From Candidatus Forterrea multitransposorum CG_2015-17_Forterrea_25_41 (GTDB lineage Archaea; Iainarchaeota; Iainarchaeia; Iainarchaeales; CSSED10-239), in NCBI GenBank assembly GCA_009392915.1, contig CP045477.1, positions 1 to 64,000 on the forward strand: DNA of 64,000 nt, given 5' to 3'. Position 1 is the stretch's first letter, and each line of letters opens with the position of its first letter. The position numbers and the translations under genes were made by a program. The notes beneath the pieces were generated by a model. It was not told where the DNA came from, made no database searches, and worked only from the letters and a program-made list of their open reading frames with translations. Below are positions 50,783 to 61,056 of the stretch, in pieces.

Positions 50783-52288
50783 ATGAAACTAGAATTAAAA
50801 ATAAAAATATTAGATATTTATGCAAATTATCCAATAGTTATTATGCATCCAAGATCATCATTAAGTTTAGGTGCACAAAATTTAGATAGATTAGAAGTTA
50901 AAAATGAAAAAATTGATACAGCTTTTGTTTTAGACACTTCAAATTCTTATGTTACAGAAAATGAATTAGGTATTTTTAAAGATACAGCAAAAGATCTAAG
51001 TTTAAACAACGGAGATAAAGTAGTTGTAAAATTACAAACACCTCCTCTTGCAACTAAATATATAATGGATAAAATAAAAAATAAAACTTTAGAAAAAGAA
51101 GAAATTGATGAAATTGTAAAATCTATAGAAAACAATTCTTTATCAGAAGTTGAATTATCTGCTTTTGTAACTGGAGTTTTCATAAATGGTCTTAATTTAG
51201 AAGAAACTAAATTTTTATGTAATTCTTTAGTTGATATTGGAGATAGAATTGATTTTGGAGAAAACATTATTTTAGATAAACATTCTATTGGTGGAATTAA
51301 TGGTAGAGTTTCAATGATATTAACTCCAATTATTGCATCTTTAGGTTATAAAATTCCAAAAACAGCGTCTAGATCAATAACTTCTGCAGCAGGTACTGCT
51401 GATGCCATGGAAGTTTTAGCTCCTGTAAGCTTTGATGTTGAAGAAATTAAAGAAATTATAAATAAAGCAGGTGGAGTTGTTGCATGGGAAGGTAAATTTG
51501 ATCTTTGTCCTGTAGATAATAAATTAATTGATATTGAACATGCTTTAGGAATTAATCCAGAAGGAATAATGATTGCATCTATTCTTTCAAAGAAAAAAAG
51601 TATAGGTTCAACTCATCTTGTAATTGATATTCCTGTTGGAAGAGATGTTAAAGTTAAAAATAAAGAAGATGGAGAACGTCTTGCAAAGAAATTTATAACT
51701 ATTAGTGAATCTTTAGGTATTAAATCTAAGGTTGTTTTAACTGATGGTGATAAACCTTGTGGGGATTTCTTTGGTCCAGCTCTTGAAGCTAAAAATGTTT
51801 TAGAACTTTTAGAAGGTAAATATCAAGACTCTGTTTTAGAGAAAGCATGTCTTCTTGCAGGTGAACTTTTAGAGCTTGTTGGAAAATCAAAAAATGGAGA
51901 AGGTTATCTTCTTGCAAAAGAAATTGTAACTTCTGGAAAAGCTTTAGATAAATTTATTGAAATTATTAAAATTCAAGGTGGAAGTATTTTAAGATCAGAA
52001 GATGTTCCAAAAGCTAAGTTTATACAAAAGATTTATTCTTCACAAGCAGGGGATGTAAATAATTTTGATGTTTCAAAAATAACTCATTTAGCAAAACTTT
52101 TAGGTGCTCCAAAAGATATTGAAGCAGGTGTTGTTTTATTCTGTCAAGTAGGAGATTCTGTACAAGTAAATGATGCTATATTAGAGTTCCATGCAAATAC
52201 AGAAGAAAAAATATCAAGAGCTATTGAGTATTTAAAAGATAATAATCCTGTTATCTTTGATAAAATGGTTTTAGAAGAGTTTGAATAA
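50783..52288 (+). CDS. AMP phosphorylase (archaeal thymidine-phosphorylase-family enzyme)
   Basis: N-terminal extra domain (LKIKILDI...PIVIMHP), DKHSIGG and SAAGTADAME motifs; 501 aa. Confidence 0.75.
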   Translation: MKLELKIKILDIYANYPIVIMHPRSSLSLGAQNLDRLEVKNEKIDTAFVLDTSNSYVTENELGIFKDTAKDLSLNNGDKVVVKLQTPPLATKYIMDKIKNKTLEKEEIDEIVKSIENNSLSEVELSAFVTGVFINGLNLEETKFLCNSLVDIGDRIDFGENIILDKHSIGGINGRVSMILTPIIASLGYKIPKTASRSITSAAGTADAMEVLAPVSFDVEEIKEIINKAGGVVAWEGKFDLCPVDNKLIDIEHALGINPEGIMIASILSKKKSIGSTHLVIDIPVGRDVKVKNKEDGERLAKKFITISESLGIKSKVVLTDGDKPCGDFFGPALEAKNVLELLEGKYQDSVLEKACLLAGELLELVGKSKNGEGYLLAKEIVTSGKALDKFIEIIKIQGGSILRSEDVPKAKFIQKIYSSQAGDVNNFDVSKITHLAKLLGAPKDIEAGVVLFCQVGDSVQVNDAILEFHANTEEKISRAIEYLKDNNPVIFDKMVLEEFE

Positions 52289-52304
52289 AACTCTTTTTCT
52301 TTTT

Positions 52305-53102
52305 TTATTTTTTAATTAAATTATATATTTTTTCAAATTCCTTTACAGATATTTGTTTTACTTTTTTAGTCTGTAATTTTTCTGGAATAAGTTTTATTTT
52401 ATCTAAAGAAATTATTTCTTTATTTTCAGAATTAGAATGTTTAAAGCTATTAACTATATCTTTATTTGGATATCTAAAAATATTTTTAATAAACTGATTA
52501 TAATTATCATCTACTTTTGTGTTCTTTTTTGGAATTATTGAAACTATTGAAGAATCAACTTTTGGTTTTGGAAAAAAAGATGCTTTTCTAATGTTTCTAA
52601 TATTTTTTATATCACTATGTGATTGTAAAAGTACACTGATTGAAACATAATTTGCAAAACCTTCATATGCAACTAATTTTTCTGCAAATTCTTTTTGTAC
52701 AACTAGACATGCTGGTTTAGTTGCTATTATCTTATCAATTATTTTTAAAGATATTGAATAAGGAATAAATCCAACAATTTTATCAAATTTAAGTTTAGAT
52801 AGATCTACTTCTAAAAAATCAGAATGGATTATTTCTAGATTTTTATCTGGATATTCTTTTTTTAAGATTTCAACCATTATTGGATCTTTTTCAATAGCAA
52901 TTACTTTTTTAAAAACTTTTAAAAGTTCTTTTGTTACAAATCCAAGTCCAGGCCCAATTTCTAGAACTGTTTCTTCTTTATTAGGTTTAATTGTTTCAAT
53001 TACTTTAGAAATAGAGTTTTTATCTATTATAAAATTTTGATCTAATTTATGGTTAGGTTTAAATCCATGAATAAGCATTAATCTATATATTTCTTTTTGC
53101 AT
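52305..53102 (-). CDS. rsmA: 16S rRNA dimethyladenosine transferase (KsgA/RsmA/Dim1)
   Basis: QNFIIDKN and VLEIGPGLGFVT SAM motifs. Confidence 0.9.
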   Translation of the reverse strand: MQKEIYRLMLIHGFKPNHKLDQNFIIDKNSISKVIETIKPNKEETVLEIGPGLGFVTKELLKVFKKVIAIEKDPIMVEILKKEYPDKNLEIIHSDFLEVDLSKLKFDKIVGFIPYSISLKIIDKIIATKPACLVVQKEFAEKLVAYEGFANYVSISVLLQSHSDIKNIRNIRKASFFPKPKVDSSIVSIIPKKNTKVDDNYNQFIKNIFRYPNKDIVNSFKHSNSENKEIISLDKIKLIPEKLQTKKVKQISVKEFEKIYNLIKK

Positions 53103-53116
53103 AATAATTAATTTTT

Positions 53117-53638
53117 TTATTTTTTAATAAGATATGGCATTGTAAATAAATTATATTTAATTTCTTCGCCACCGATGATTTCATCAATAACCCTATTTAC
53201 AACAACCTTTACAGGATCTGGCATCATTTCTATTTCTCTAATGTCATCAAAAGAAGTGAATTTACCTTTTTTCTTAATATGTTCAATGATTGCCATTCTA
53301 TGTTTTACACCTATCATTGGTAAAAGATCAAGTTGATGTCTTCTAAGACCAATTGGTTTTGCATTATTGAAAAAATTTACAAATTTATCTGAGTGTTCAG
53401 TTACAATTGTTTCAATTGCTTTGTCAAGTTCTTTTTTTCCAACATTTGATAATCTATTATAATTTATTCTTCTTACAATTAAATTTTCTGTGGAAATTTT
53501 TTCTTGAATCTTATGATTTTCTGAAGTAACAATTTCAAGTAAAGAAAAGTTAGAGCTACCAATACAGTGAATAACATCTGTTTGTTTAAATTTAATATCT
53601 TTCTTTAGTCTATCTAAAACTATTGCTTCTTTCATCAT
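53117..53638 (-). CDS. DUF655 nucleic-acid-binding protein
   Basis: RRHQLDLLPMIGVKHRMAIIEHI...FTSFDDI (HhH) pattern. Canonical position between rpoF and ksgA. Confidence 0.75.
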   Translation of the reverse strand: MMKEAIVLDRLKKDIKFKQTDVIHCIGSSNFSLLEIVTSENHKIQEKISTENLIVRRINYNRLSNVGKKELDKAIETIVTEHSDKFVNFFNNAKPIGLRRHQLDLLPMIGVKHRMAIIEHIKKKGKFTSFDDIREIEMMPDPVKVVVNRVIDEIIGGEEIKYNLFTMPYLIKK

Positions 53639-53647
53639 AAAATTTAA

Positions 53648-53971
53648 TCACTCTTTTTTGTATTTCTTTAAAATTTCTATGATTTTTTCTTTTTTATCAT
53701 CATCAATATCTTTTTCTTTTTCTAATATTAAGTTTAATTCTGTAACATTAGGCAAGATATCAGTTATTTTTGTTGCAAGTTCATCAGATAATTCTATTTC
53801 AATTAAAGCTGATTTTAACTTTTCTGCTGTTGCAGGAGTTAAACTTGCAAATAACTTTGCATGCTCGTGTGCATGTTTTTGTTCGAAATTTAATTCTTTT
53901 TCTTTTGCTTTTTCAGTTAATACTTTCTTAACTTCATTTAATGTTACGTCTTCAACATATTTATAATTCAT
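53648..53971 (-). CDS. rpoF: RNA polymerase subunit F (Rpo4/RpoF)
   Basis: Size and conserved archaeal gene order L21e-RpoF-DUF655-KsgA. Helical acidic protein. Confidence 0.6.
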   Translation of the reverse strand: MNYKYVEDVTLNEVKKVLTEKAKEKELNFEQKHAHEHAKLFASLTPATAEKLKSALIEIELSDELATKITDILPNVTELNLILEKEKDIDDDKKEKIIEILKKYKKE

Positions 53972-54288
53972 TTTTTCACCTTTTTAACTTTAGGTATTTG
54001 TTTTATAGGTTTTAAATGAACTCTTTCAGTTATAACTTTCTTTTTTAAATTTCCATCATAAATTTCCATAACTGGGGCTTTTCCTTGGAAAGAAACTAAT
54101 TTACCTGTTTTTCCTTGCATTCTTTTATGAGGAAGTCCTTGATGTTTAGAACTGTTAATGTTTATTTGGTATGTTCCACCAATTTCAACTGGTTTTAGTA
54201 CTTCATTAACTGTTGTTTTTGCTCTAACATTTCTTTTCATTAAACTTCTTGTTTTTGCTCTTTTTCCGTGTGCTTTTTTTCCTGACAT
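53968..54288 (-). CDS. rpl21e: 50S ribosomal protein L21e
   Basis: MSGKKAHGKRAKTRSLMKR... and HKRMQGKTG motifs. Confidence 0.9.
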   Translation of the reverse strand: MSGKKAHGKRAKTRSLMKRNVRAKTTVNEVLKPVEIGGTYQININSSKHQGLPHKRMQGKTGKLVSFQGKAPVMEIYDGNLKKKVITERVHLKPIKQIPKVKKVKK

Positions 54289-54527
54289 ATTTAATTACCT
54301 TTTTTTATATTTTTTAAGACTTTGAAAAATTAAGTCACTAGACTAATAAATATCAAAATCTATTAATTATTCAATATATATTAATAGAATAGATATGTTT
54401 TAAAAGAGATTCTTAGGGGAAGAGGGTTTTGAAAATTCATTTTATTTATATTCCTTTAAATACCCCTTTATAAATATTTTGCTTTATAATATATCTAAAG
54501 TGCATATATAAAAATAGGTGATTTCTT

Positions 54528-55136
54528 ATGTCTTATAAAATACAAAATTTAGTTGCATCTTCTAATCTTGAAACTACATTAGATCTTTATAATCTTGCAG
54601 CTGCAATACCTGATGTTGAATACGAACCAGAACAATTTCCAGGAGCTATATTTAAACTTAAAGAACCAAAAGTAACTTTACTTTTATTTAAGAATGGAAA
54701 ATTAATAATCTCTGGAGCTTCAAATGAAGATGATATTGTTGCAGGAATTAAAAAAGCAACAAAGTTAATTAATGAAATTCAAAAAGAAGTTAAAATTAAA
54801 AAATCAGTAAATTATACCATTGTTAATTTAGTTGCAACTTCAAATCTTAATAAACCAGTTGATTTATTCCAAGCTGCAGTAACTTTAGATGATATTGAAT
54901 ATGAACCAGAACAATTTCCTGGTGCAATAATTAGAATTCATAATCCAAAAATTACAATTCTTTTATTTAAGAATGGTAAAATGATTTGTGCTGGTGCAAA
55001 ATCAGAAGCAGATATTAAGAAAAGTATTACTGTTGTAAAGAAATTATTAAAAGACAACAATTCTGAAGGTGAAGAAAAGTTATCTTTTAAACCAGAAAAG
55101 AAAGCAATTGCAAAGAAATCAGTTAAAAAGAAATGA
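54528..55136 (+). CDS. tbp: TATA-box binding protein
   Basis: Two direct repeats, IQNLVASSNL...YEPEQFPGAIFK and IVNLVATSNL...YEPEQFPGAIIR. Lysine-rich C-terminal tail. Confidence 0.95.
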   Translation: MSYKIQNLVASSNLETTLDLYNLAAAIPDVEYEPEQFPGAIFKLKEPKVTLLLFKNGKLIISGASNEDDIVAGIKKATKLINEIQKEVKIKKSVNYTIVNLVATSNLNKPVDLFQAAVTLDDIEYEPEQFPGAIIRIHNPKITILLFKNGKMICAGAKSEADIKKSITVVKKLLKDNNSEGEEKLSFKPEKKAIAKKSVKKK

Positions 55137-55210
55137 TTTCTTTTTTTCTTATTTTTTAATAAAATATTTAAAAAGAATCTATTTATAAACTTTGTGGTTC
55201 TTATTATTTA

Positions 55211-55328
55211 TGTTAGCGGCCATAGGGATGGAGAAACACCTGGACCCTTTCCGAACCCAGAAGTTAAGTCTATTGCCGTTTTAGTTCGCTGTTAGTTCAT
55301 GCTAGTAGCGTCTTTAAAGCTGCTAACA
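55211..55328 (+). rRNA. rrf: 5S ribosomal RNA (orphan, not linked to 16S/23S)
   Basis: GCGGCCATAGG...CCGAACCCAGAAGTTAAG core. Terminal helix TGTTAGCGGC/GCTGCTAACA. Confidence 0.85.
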
Positions 55329-55537
55329 TTTAATATTTTCTATTTTATAAAAAAGAATTATTAAAAGCTATTTTTTTTAAAAATAATTTTTCTACAAGCA
55401 AAACTTATTTTTTTATAAATAATTTAGTTCTTGTTTAGATAAACTTAAATTAAATCTATTTTTTAAAATTAAATATCTTTTAATATATTTCCCTACACAT
55501 TTATTTATTATAATTATTTATTTAAGGGGAAAAATAT

Positions 55538-57490
55538 ATGATAGATACAAAAACAGAATCAAATGCATTTAATACTTTTTTTACAAAACATAAAAAAATT
55601 ATATTTATATTACTTATTTTTTTAATGGCTTTTGCTGTTAGGGGACATCTTTTAAAATATGACAATATGTTTGAATTTGATACATATTGGCACTTAAGAA
55701 TGACAGGTTATGTTCTTCAAGGAGATTTACCTGATTATGATCCATTAGGTTTCTATGCAGAAGGAGGAACTCCACTTTCAGATAGACCCTCTTTTGTATG
55801 GTATTTAACTTCATTTTTATATATTTTATTTACTCTCGGAGCTCCCTACAATAAAGCTTTACTTATGGAGTTTGCAAGGTTTTTGCCAGCAATCTTTGGT
55901 GCTTTAATCTCAGTTGCAATGTATTTTTTAGGTAAAGAAATTTATAATCGTAAAGCTGGATTTATAATGGCAATAGTTACAGCTACAATTCCTGCATTTG
56001 TTTATAGAACCATGGCTGGTTTTTATGAAGAAGATGCTTTAGGATTTTTATGGATGATTTTAGGTTTTATTTTCCTTGTTAAAGCAATAAAAAATATGCA
56101 TTCAAGAAAACAAAATATAAGATACTCTTTATTATCTGGTTTGTTTTTTGGACTTATGGCTTTTACTTGGTCTGCATTTATTTTGATACCTTTAATTATA
56201 GTTTCATTTTTAATTGCAAATTTAATATACATGGCTTATAAGAATTATTCAAATAAAGATATTGCTTTATTTTTAAAAACCATTGTAATTTCTTTTGTAA
56301 TTTTTGCAGCTTTAGCTTCAATTGCTCAACCTGGTTGGGTAAAGACTACAGGTAATTATGTAATTGATAATATACCTTTAAATAAAGAAAACATAGATAA
56401 ACTTTCAAATAATGTAACTTCAGAAACTGATGTTGTAAAAGCATCTGTTGGTGAGGAAAATACAGGAAAGCAATTTTTCTTATATAAGTATAGTTTCCTT
56501 TTATGGATTCCGTTTGTTGTACTTTTAATAATGCCACTTAATTTATTATTTTCAAAAAAGAAAGATAATTTAACTTTATTACTTTTCTTTTGGATTTTAA
56601 TAACTTTATTGATGGCTTGGTCAAAATTAAAGTTTACATTTTATTTTGGAATACCGATAGCTGTATCTGCTGGATTTTTAATTTATTTTATAAATGAATG
56701 GATTAATAAAAATTCTACAGTTTTAAGAAAAAGAGTGTTTGCAATATTTATTGGTTTAATATTATTAACATCTATTGCTGCAGGTACACATGAAGTTTAT
56801 TCTAAAGTTCCACATATTGTTGAAAAAACAGATTGGAGGGAATCAATCTTTTGGATTGCAGAAAATACGTCTCCTGATGCAAAAATATTTAACTGGTGGG
56901 ATTATGGTCACTGGATAACTTATTTTTCAGAAAGAAAGGCCAGTACTGATAATACTAATTCCAATATATCAGGTACTAGTGACTTTGGATTATTTATTTT
57001 AAGTCAAGATTTAAATTATACAGCAAATCTTATGAAAAAATATGATGCTGATTATTTTATAGCAGATAATGGTTATTTTAATAGATATGCTTCATTTGGA
57101 TCTTACGGTTTTATTACTACAAATTATCAAGACCCAAGAATTAAAAGTTATGTTTCATTTTCTTTAGATTGTTATCCTGGCTCTGTAGGTGATGGTAAAC
57201 TTGCATACAAATGTGGAGAAAATATATTTACAGAAGAAGAATTTAATTCATTTCCAACAGTCTGGAATGATAAACCAAAAGATGTAATGAATGGAGTTCC
57301 AATCTTTATGTATCGTTTAGAAGATAACTCTAAATTATTTATTTTAAATACATCTTCAAATAATTCTACATTTGCAAAAATATGGTTTAATGAAAATATT
57401 CATTCTCAATTATTTTCTTTAGCTTATGAAAATGGGGCTGTAAGAATCTATGAAGTTAATAAAGAAAAAGTGAACGAGTATGCAGAATAG
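55538..57490 (+). CDS. aglB: archaeal oligosaccharyltransferase AglB (STT3 family)
   Basis: Polytopic N-terminal domain and WWDYGHW motif. Confidence 0.9.
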   Translation: MIDTKTESNAFNTFFTKHKKIIFILLIFLMAFAVRGHLLKYDNMFEFDTYWHLRMTGYVLQGDLPDYDPLGFYAEGGTPLSDRPSFVWYLTSFLYILFTLGAPYNKALLMEFARFLPAIFGALISVAMYFLGKEIYNRKAGFIMAIVTATIPAFVYRTMAGFYEEDALGFLWMILGFIFLVKAIKNMHSRKQNIRYSLLSGLFFGLMAFTWSAFILIPLIIVSFLIANLIYMAYKNYSNKDIALFLKTIVISFVIFAALASIAQPGWVKTTGNYVIDNIPLNKENIDKLSNNVTSETDVVKASVGEENTGKQFFLYKYSFLLWIPFVVLLIMPLNLLFSKKKDNLTLLLFFWILITLLMAWSKLKFTFYFGIPIAVSAGFLIYFINEWINKNSTVLRKRVFAIFIGLILLTSIAAGTHEVYSKVPHIVEKTDWRESIFWIAENTSPDAKIFNWWDYGHWITYFSERKASTDNTNSNISGTSDFGLFILSQDLNYTANLMKKYDADYFIADNGYFNRYASFGSYGFITTNYQDPRIKSYVSFSLDCYPGSVGDGKLAYKCGENIFTEEEFNSFPTVWNDKPKDVMNGVPIFMYRLEDNSKLFILNTSSNNSTFAKIWFNENIHSQLFSLAYENGAVRIYEVNKEKVNEYAE

Positions 57491-58508
57491 TGTTTTATTC
57501 TTTATATTTTTAGGTTTTTCTTTTTTCTTTTCTTTATTTTTATCTTTATTTTTAGTTCCAATGTTTATTAAAATTATTTCTAAGACTTCATATTTAGGAA
57601 AAGATATGAATAAATACAATAAAAATTTAGTTTGTGAACTTGGAGGAGTTCCAGTTTTTTTAAGTTTTATTTTTTCAATTTTTTTAATAATGTTATTAAA
57701 TTTTGTTTTAATTTCAATTTTTAGTTTTAATTTTTCAGTAATTGATTTCATTCAGTTTAGTTTAATTATTATTGCTTTATTTTCAATCTTTTTTGTAGGA
57801 TTTATTGATGATATTTTAGGTTGGAAAAAAGGAATTAGTCAAATTCAACATTTTATATATCCTTTAGTATTTTCAATTCCTTTAATCATATATGCTTTAA
57901 TTTATGAAATTACAACTCTTTATGTTCCTTTACTAGGTGTTTTTAATGTTGGCTTACTTTATGCATTTATTCTAGTTCCAATTGCATTTACTGCAACTAC
58001 AAATCTTTTAAATTTACTTGCTGGATTTAATGGTCTTGAAGCTGGTATGGGAATTATAGTTTTTTTAACAATTTCAATTTTTTCTATTTTTCAAGGAAAC
58101 ATTACTCTTGTAATTATTTTATTTGCATGGATTGGTGCACTTTTAGGTTTTTTAAAATTTAATAAATTTCCATCTAAAATGTTTCCAGGAGATATTATTA
58201 CTTTAATTAATGGATCTTTAGTTGGAATTTCTGCAATTGTTTTAGGTTTAGAATTATTAATTGCTTTTTTAATTGTTCTTTTTATAATTGAATTTATAAT
58301 TAAAGCAAAACACAAGTTTAAAACAGAATGTTTTGGATTAATTTCAAAATCTGGAATTATAAAACCAAATCCTAAGGGTGGTTCTTTAACTCATGTAGTT
58401 TTAAGCAAAGGAAGGTTTACTGAAAAGAAATTAGTTAATGTTTTTTATATTTTACAAGGAGTAATTTCTGCAATTTCATTAATTCTTTTCTTTATTGTGT
58501 ATATTTGA
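57480..58508 (+). CDS. glycosyltransferase family 4 (polyprenol-phosphate HexNAc-1-P transferase, AglH/WecA/MraY-like)
   Basis: GFIDDILG and NLLAGFNGLEAG motifs. Overlaps the aglB stop. Confidence 0.85.
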   Translation: MQNSVLFFIFLGFSFFFSLFLSLFLVPMFIKIISKTSYLGKDMNKYNKNLVCELGGVPVFLSFIFSIFLIMLLNFVLISIFSFNFSVIDFIQFSLIIIALFSIFFVGFIDDILGWKKGISQIQHFIYPLVFSIPLIIYALIYEITTLYVPLLGVFNVGLLYAFILVPIAFTATTNLLNLLAGFNGLEAGMGIIVFLTISIFSIFQGNITLVIILFAWIGALLGFLKFNKFPSKMFPGDIITLINGSLVGISAIVLGLELLIAFLIVLFIIEFIIKAKHKFKTECFGLISKSGIIKPNPKGGSLTHVVLSKGRFTEKKLVNVFYILQGVISAISLILFFIVYI

Positions 58509-58514
58509 TGTATT

Positions 58515-59348
58515 ATGAGGTTAATTTCTTTTAATAAATTTTTAATAATTTCAAGGCCTATTCTTTTCCCACTTATTTTTATTTGTTTATTGGTTGCTTT
58601 TTTTTATACTTTTAAATCTTTTAAATTTTTAAATTTAATTGATTTAATATTTATTTTATTATTAACTTTTTTAGTTCCTTTTTTTACATTTTCAATAAAT
58701 GACCTTGGAGATTATTATTCTGATAAAAAAAATGTTAGGAAAAAAAATATTCTTTTTGGTAAATTTCAAAAAGATTTATTATTTTTTAAAGATTCAATTT
58801 ATTTATACAATTTTTTAATATTTTTAATTTTATTTATTTATTCTTTAATATTTTATAATTTAGAAACAGTAATTATTTTGTTATTACTTTTATTTTTTAT
58901 TTATTTTTATTCTGCAAAACCAATTAGATTTAAAGAAATTTTTATTTTAGATTTTTTATCAAACGGAATAATTACATTGCTTTGTTTTGCTTTAATTTAT
59001 TCTTTTAAATATTCTTTTTTTGATTTACCATTAGGAATTTATTTAATTTCTTTGGCAATTTCTTCCTATCATTTAATTGCTGCTCAATTAGATTATTCTC
59101 CAGATAAACTTGCAAATCAAAAGACAACTATAATATTAATAAATAATAGACATATAATTTATTCATTAACTTTATTACTAAATGTACCTTTATTTTTAAT
59201 TTCTTTTAATTCTATTTTTAGATATTTAGTTTATTTAAATATAATAATAATCTTAACTTTATGGTTTTTTCCAAAGATAAATAAAAAAATAGTTTTTTGT
59301 GTATTTATTATTTTTTGGACTTTTATTTGTATTTTTTATTTTATTTAA
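58515..59348 (+). CDS. UbiA-family prenyltransferase
   Basis: NDLGDYYSD (NDxxDxxxD) and a second DYSPD Asp-rich motif; polytopic. Confidence 0.7.
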   Translation: MRLISFNKFLIISRPILFPLIFICLLVAFFYTFKSFKFLNLIDLIFILLLTFLVPFFTFSINDLGDYYSDKKNVRKKNILFGKFQKDLLFFKDSIYLYNFLIFLILFIYSLIFYNLETVIILLLLLFFIYFYSAKPIRFKEIFILDFLSNGIITLLCFALIYSFKYSFFDLPLGIYLISLAISSYHLIAAQLDYSPDKLANQKTTIILINNRHIIYSLTLLLNVPLFLISFNSIFRYLVYLNIIIILTLWFFPKINKKIVFCVFIIFWTFICIFYFI

Positions 59349-60412
59349 AAATCAAATATTCTTTTTTGAAATTTCAATCCTTTTAAAATTTCTGATTTTT
59401 GCAAAATCCATTTAAGATTTAAATTTTCTTTAATATATTCAATTACTTGATTTAAATCTTCAAAAACAATTTCTTCTTTTTCTAAAGATTCTTTTATTGC
59501 TTCTCTTATAACCCAAACTCCTTTAGAATTATATTTTTCATCAATATCTCTAAGGACAATAACGCTTGCTTTTTTATTTATTTTTTTTAAATATTCTAAA
59601 ACAACTTCTCTTGCTGCATAGTATGCACCAGTTATTTGATTTGCATATTCTTTTTTAGGTGAATTTATTTCATAGTCCTGAGCAATTAAATTTCCATTAA
59701 CATACTCAAACATTTCAAAACTCCAAGAATACGGCATAAATATAACATAAAATGTGTTGTTATAAAAACTATATTTATGCATCTTAAATCTATCAATTGT
59801 TTGATTGTTTTCAACATCTTTAAAAAATTCTTTTCCTAAAATATCATCAATTGATGTTATTGACCATCTAGTAGGTACAAAAATCCTATTTTTTTTAAGA
59901 CCTAAAAGACCAATAGATAATAGTTGTTCAATCTTATATACATCATTTGTTTTATTATAATATTCAACAATTGCATCTTTTGCTTTTATTTGAGTATCTC
60001 CTGTAATTTTATCTACAGTTCTTGAAACTTTAATATTGTCTACTATTTTTATTTTTTCAAGTTCTAAAGCTTTATTATTTATTCCTGTTATTTTTTCATT
60101 AATGTTTATTTTTTTAATATTGTAATTAATTTCAACTTCAGTTTCTTTATCTGATTTTATTAAATTTTGAATTTCAATAATTTCATTTTTATTTTTAACA
60201 GCATCTATTTTAGAATAATTTTTAACTGCAAAAACTTGTTTTTGTCTATTTTTTTCAACTTCAGATATTTCACTTTTGATCCATTTTTCAGGAGTATTTG
60301 AAAAAGCTTCTTTTTTATCATTAAATATTCCTGGACCTATCATTAAGTTAGGATAATTGTTTTCATAAACTATGTTATATGGCTTTGAATAGGCTTGTTT
60401 TTTAATACTCAT
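59345..60412 (-). CDS. Nre-family (DUF650/DUF651) putative DNA repair protein
   Basis: VPTRWSITSIDD and GAYYAAREVVLEYL patterns recalled from archaeal Nre proteins. Confidence 0.5.
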   Translation of the reverse strand: MSIKKQAYSKPYNIVYENNYPNLMIGPGIFNDKKEAFSNTPEKWIKSEISEVEKNRQKQVFAVKNYSKIDAVKNKNEIIEIQNLIKSDKETEVEINYNIKKININEKITGINNKALELEKIKIVDNIKVSRTVDKITGDTQIKAKDAIVEYYNKTNDVYKIEQLLSIGLLGLKKNRIFVPTRWSITSIDDILGKEFFKDVENNQTIDRFKMHKYSFYNNTFYVIFMPYSWSFEMFEYVNGNLIAQDYEINSPKKEYANQITGAYYAAREVVLEYLKKINKKASVIVLRDIDEKYNSKGVWVIREAIKESLEKEEIVFEDLNQVIEYIKENLNLKWILQKSEILKGLKFQKRIFDF

Positions 60413-60573
60413 ACTATTTTTCTATTTTCTCTTCTTTTAACTATATATTATTTTAAGATAGGTTTATAAATTATTTTATAGATAATTAATATATTATATT
60501 TATCGTTTCGCCATAGAAACAAAATTATAAAGGATTTTATAAGACCTTTAAAAAAAAGGATAGTGATTAGTGT

Positions 60574-61053
60574 ATGTTTAAATTTTTAAGTTTATTTATT
60601 GATAAAAGCAAATCTCCTAAAATGTCAAGGAGAAATAATATTGCAATTTTTGTAGATGGTCCTAATATTTTAAGAAAAGAATTTAATGTTGATTTATCAA
60701 AAATAAGAAGATATTTACAAAAAGAAGGTGTTTTAAAAGTTGCAAGAGTATATCTTAATCAATATGCAACTGATAAGCTTATGGAAGCAGTTGTTAATTT
60801 AGGTTTTGAAACAATAATTACAGTTGGAGATGTTGATGTTGCAATGGCAGTTGATGCAACAGATATTGTTCACAATAAAGAAATAGATACTATTGTTTTT
60901 GTAACTAGAGATTCAGATTATCTTCCTGCAATTTTAAAAGCTAAAAAGCATGGAAAGAATACAATGGTTTTCTTAGTTGAAGAAGGTTCTGCAACAGCTC
61001 TTAAAAACACAGTTGATAAAGTTGTTTTCATGGACAAATTAAAATATGAATAG
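60574..61053 (+). CDS. NYN-domain (LabA-like) protein
   Basis: IAIFVDGPNI and VTRDSDYLPAI motifs. Confidence 0.75.
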   Translation: MFKFLSLFIDKSKSPKMSRRNNIAIFVDGPNILRKEFNVDLSKIRRYLQKEGVLKVARVYLNQYATDKLMEAVVNLGFETIITVGDVDVAMAVDATDIVHNKEIDTIVFVTRDSDYLPAILKAKKHGKNTMVFLVEEGSATALKNTVDKVVFMDKLKYE

Positions 61054-61056
61054 ATT

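Noticed and set aside
54528-55136. The lysine-rich C-terminal tail of TBP, considered as a novel domain.
   Set aside because: It is a short low-complexity extension after two intact TBP repeats. That is not enough to claim a functional novelty.
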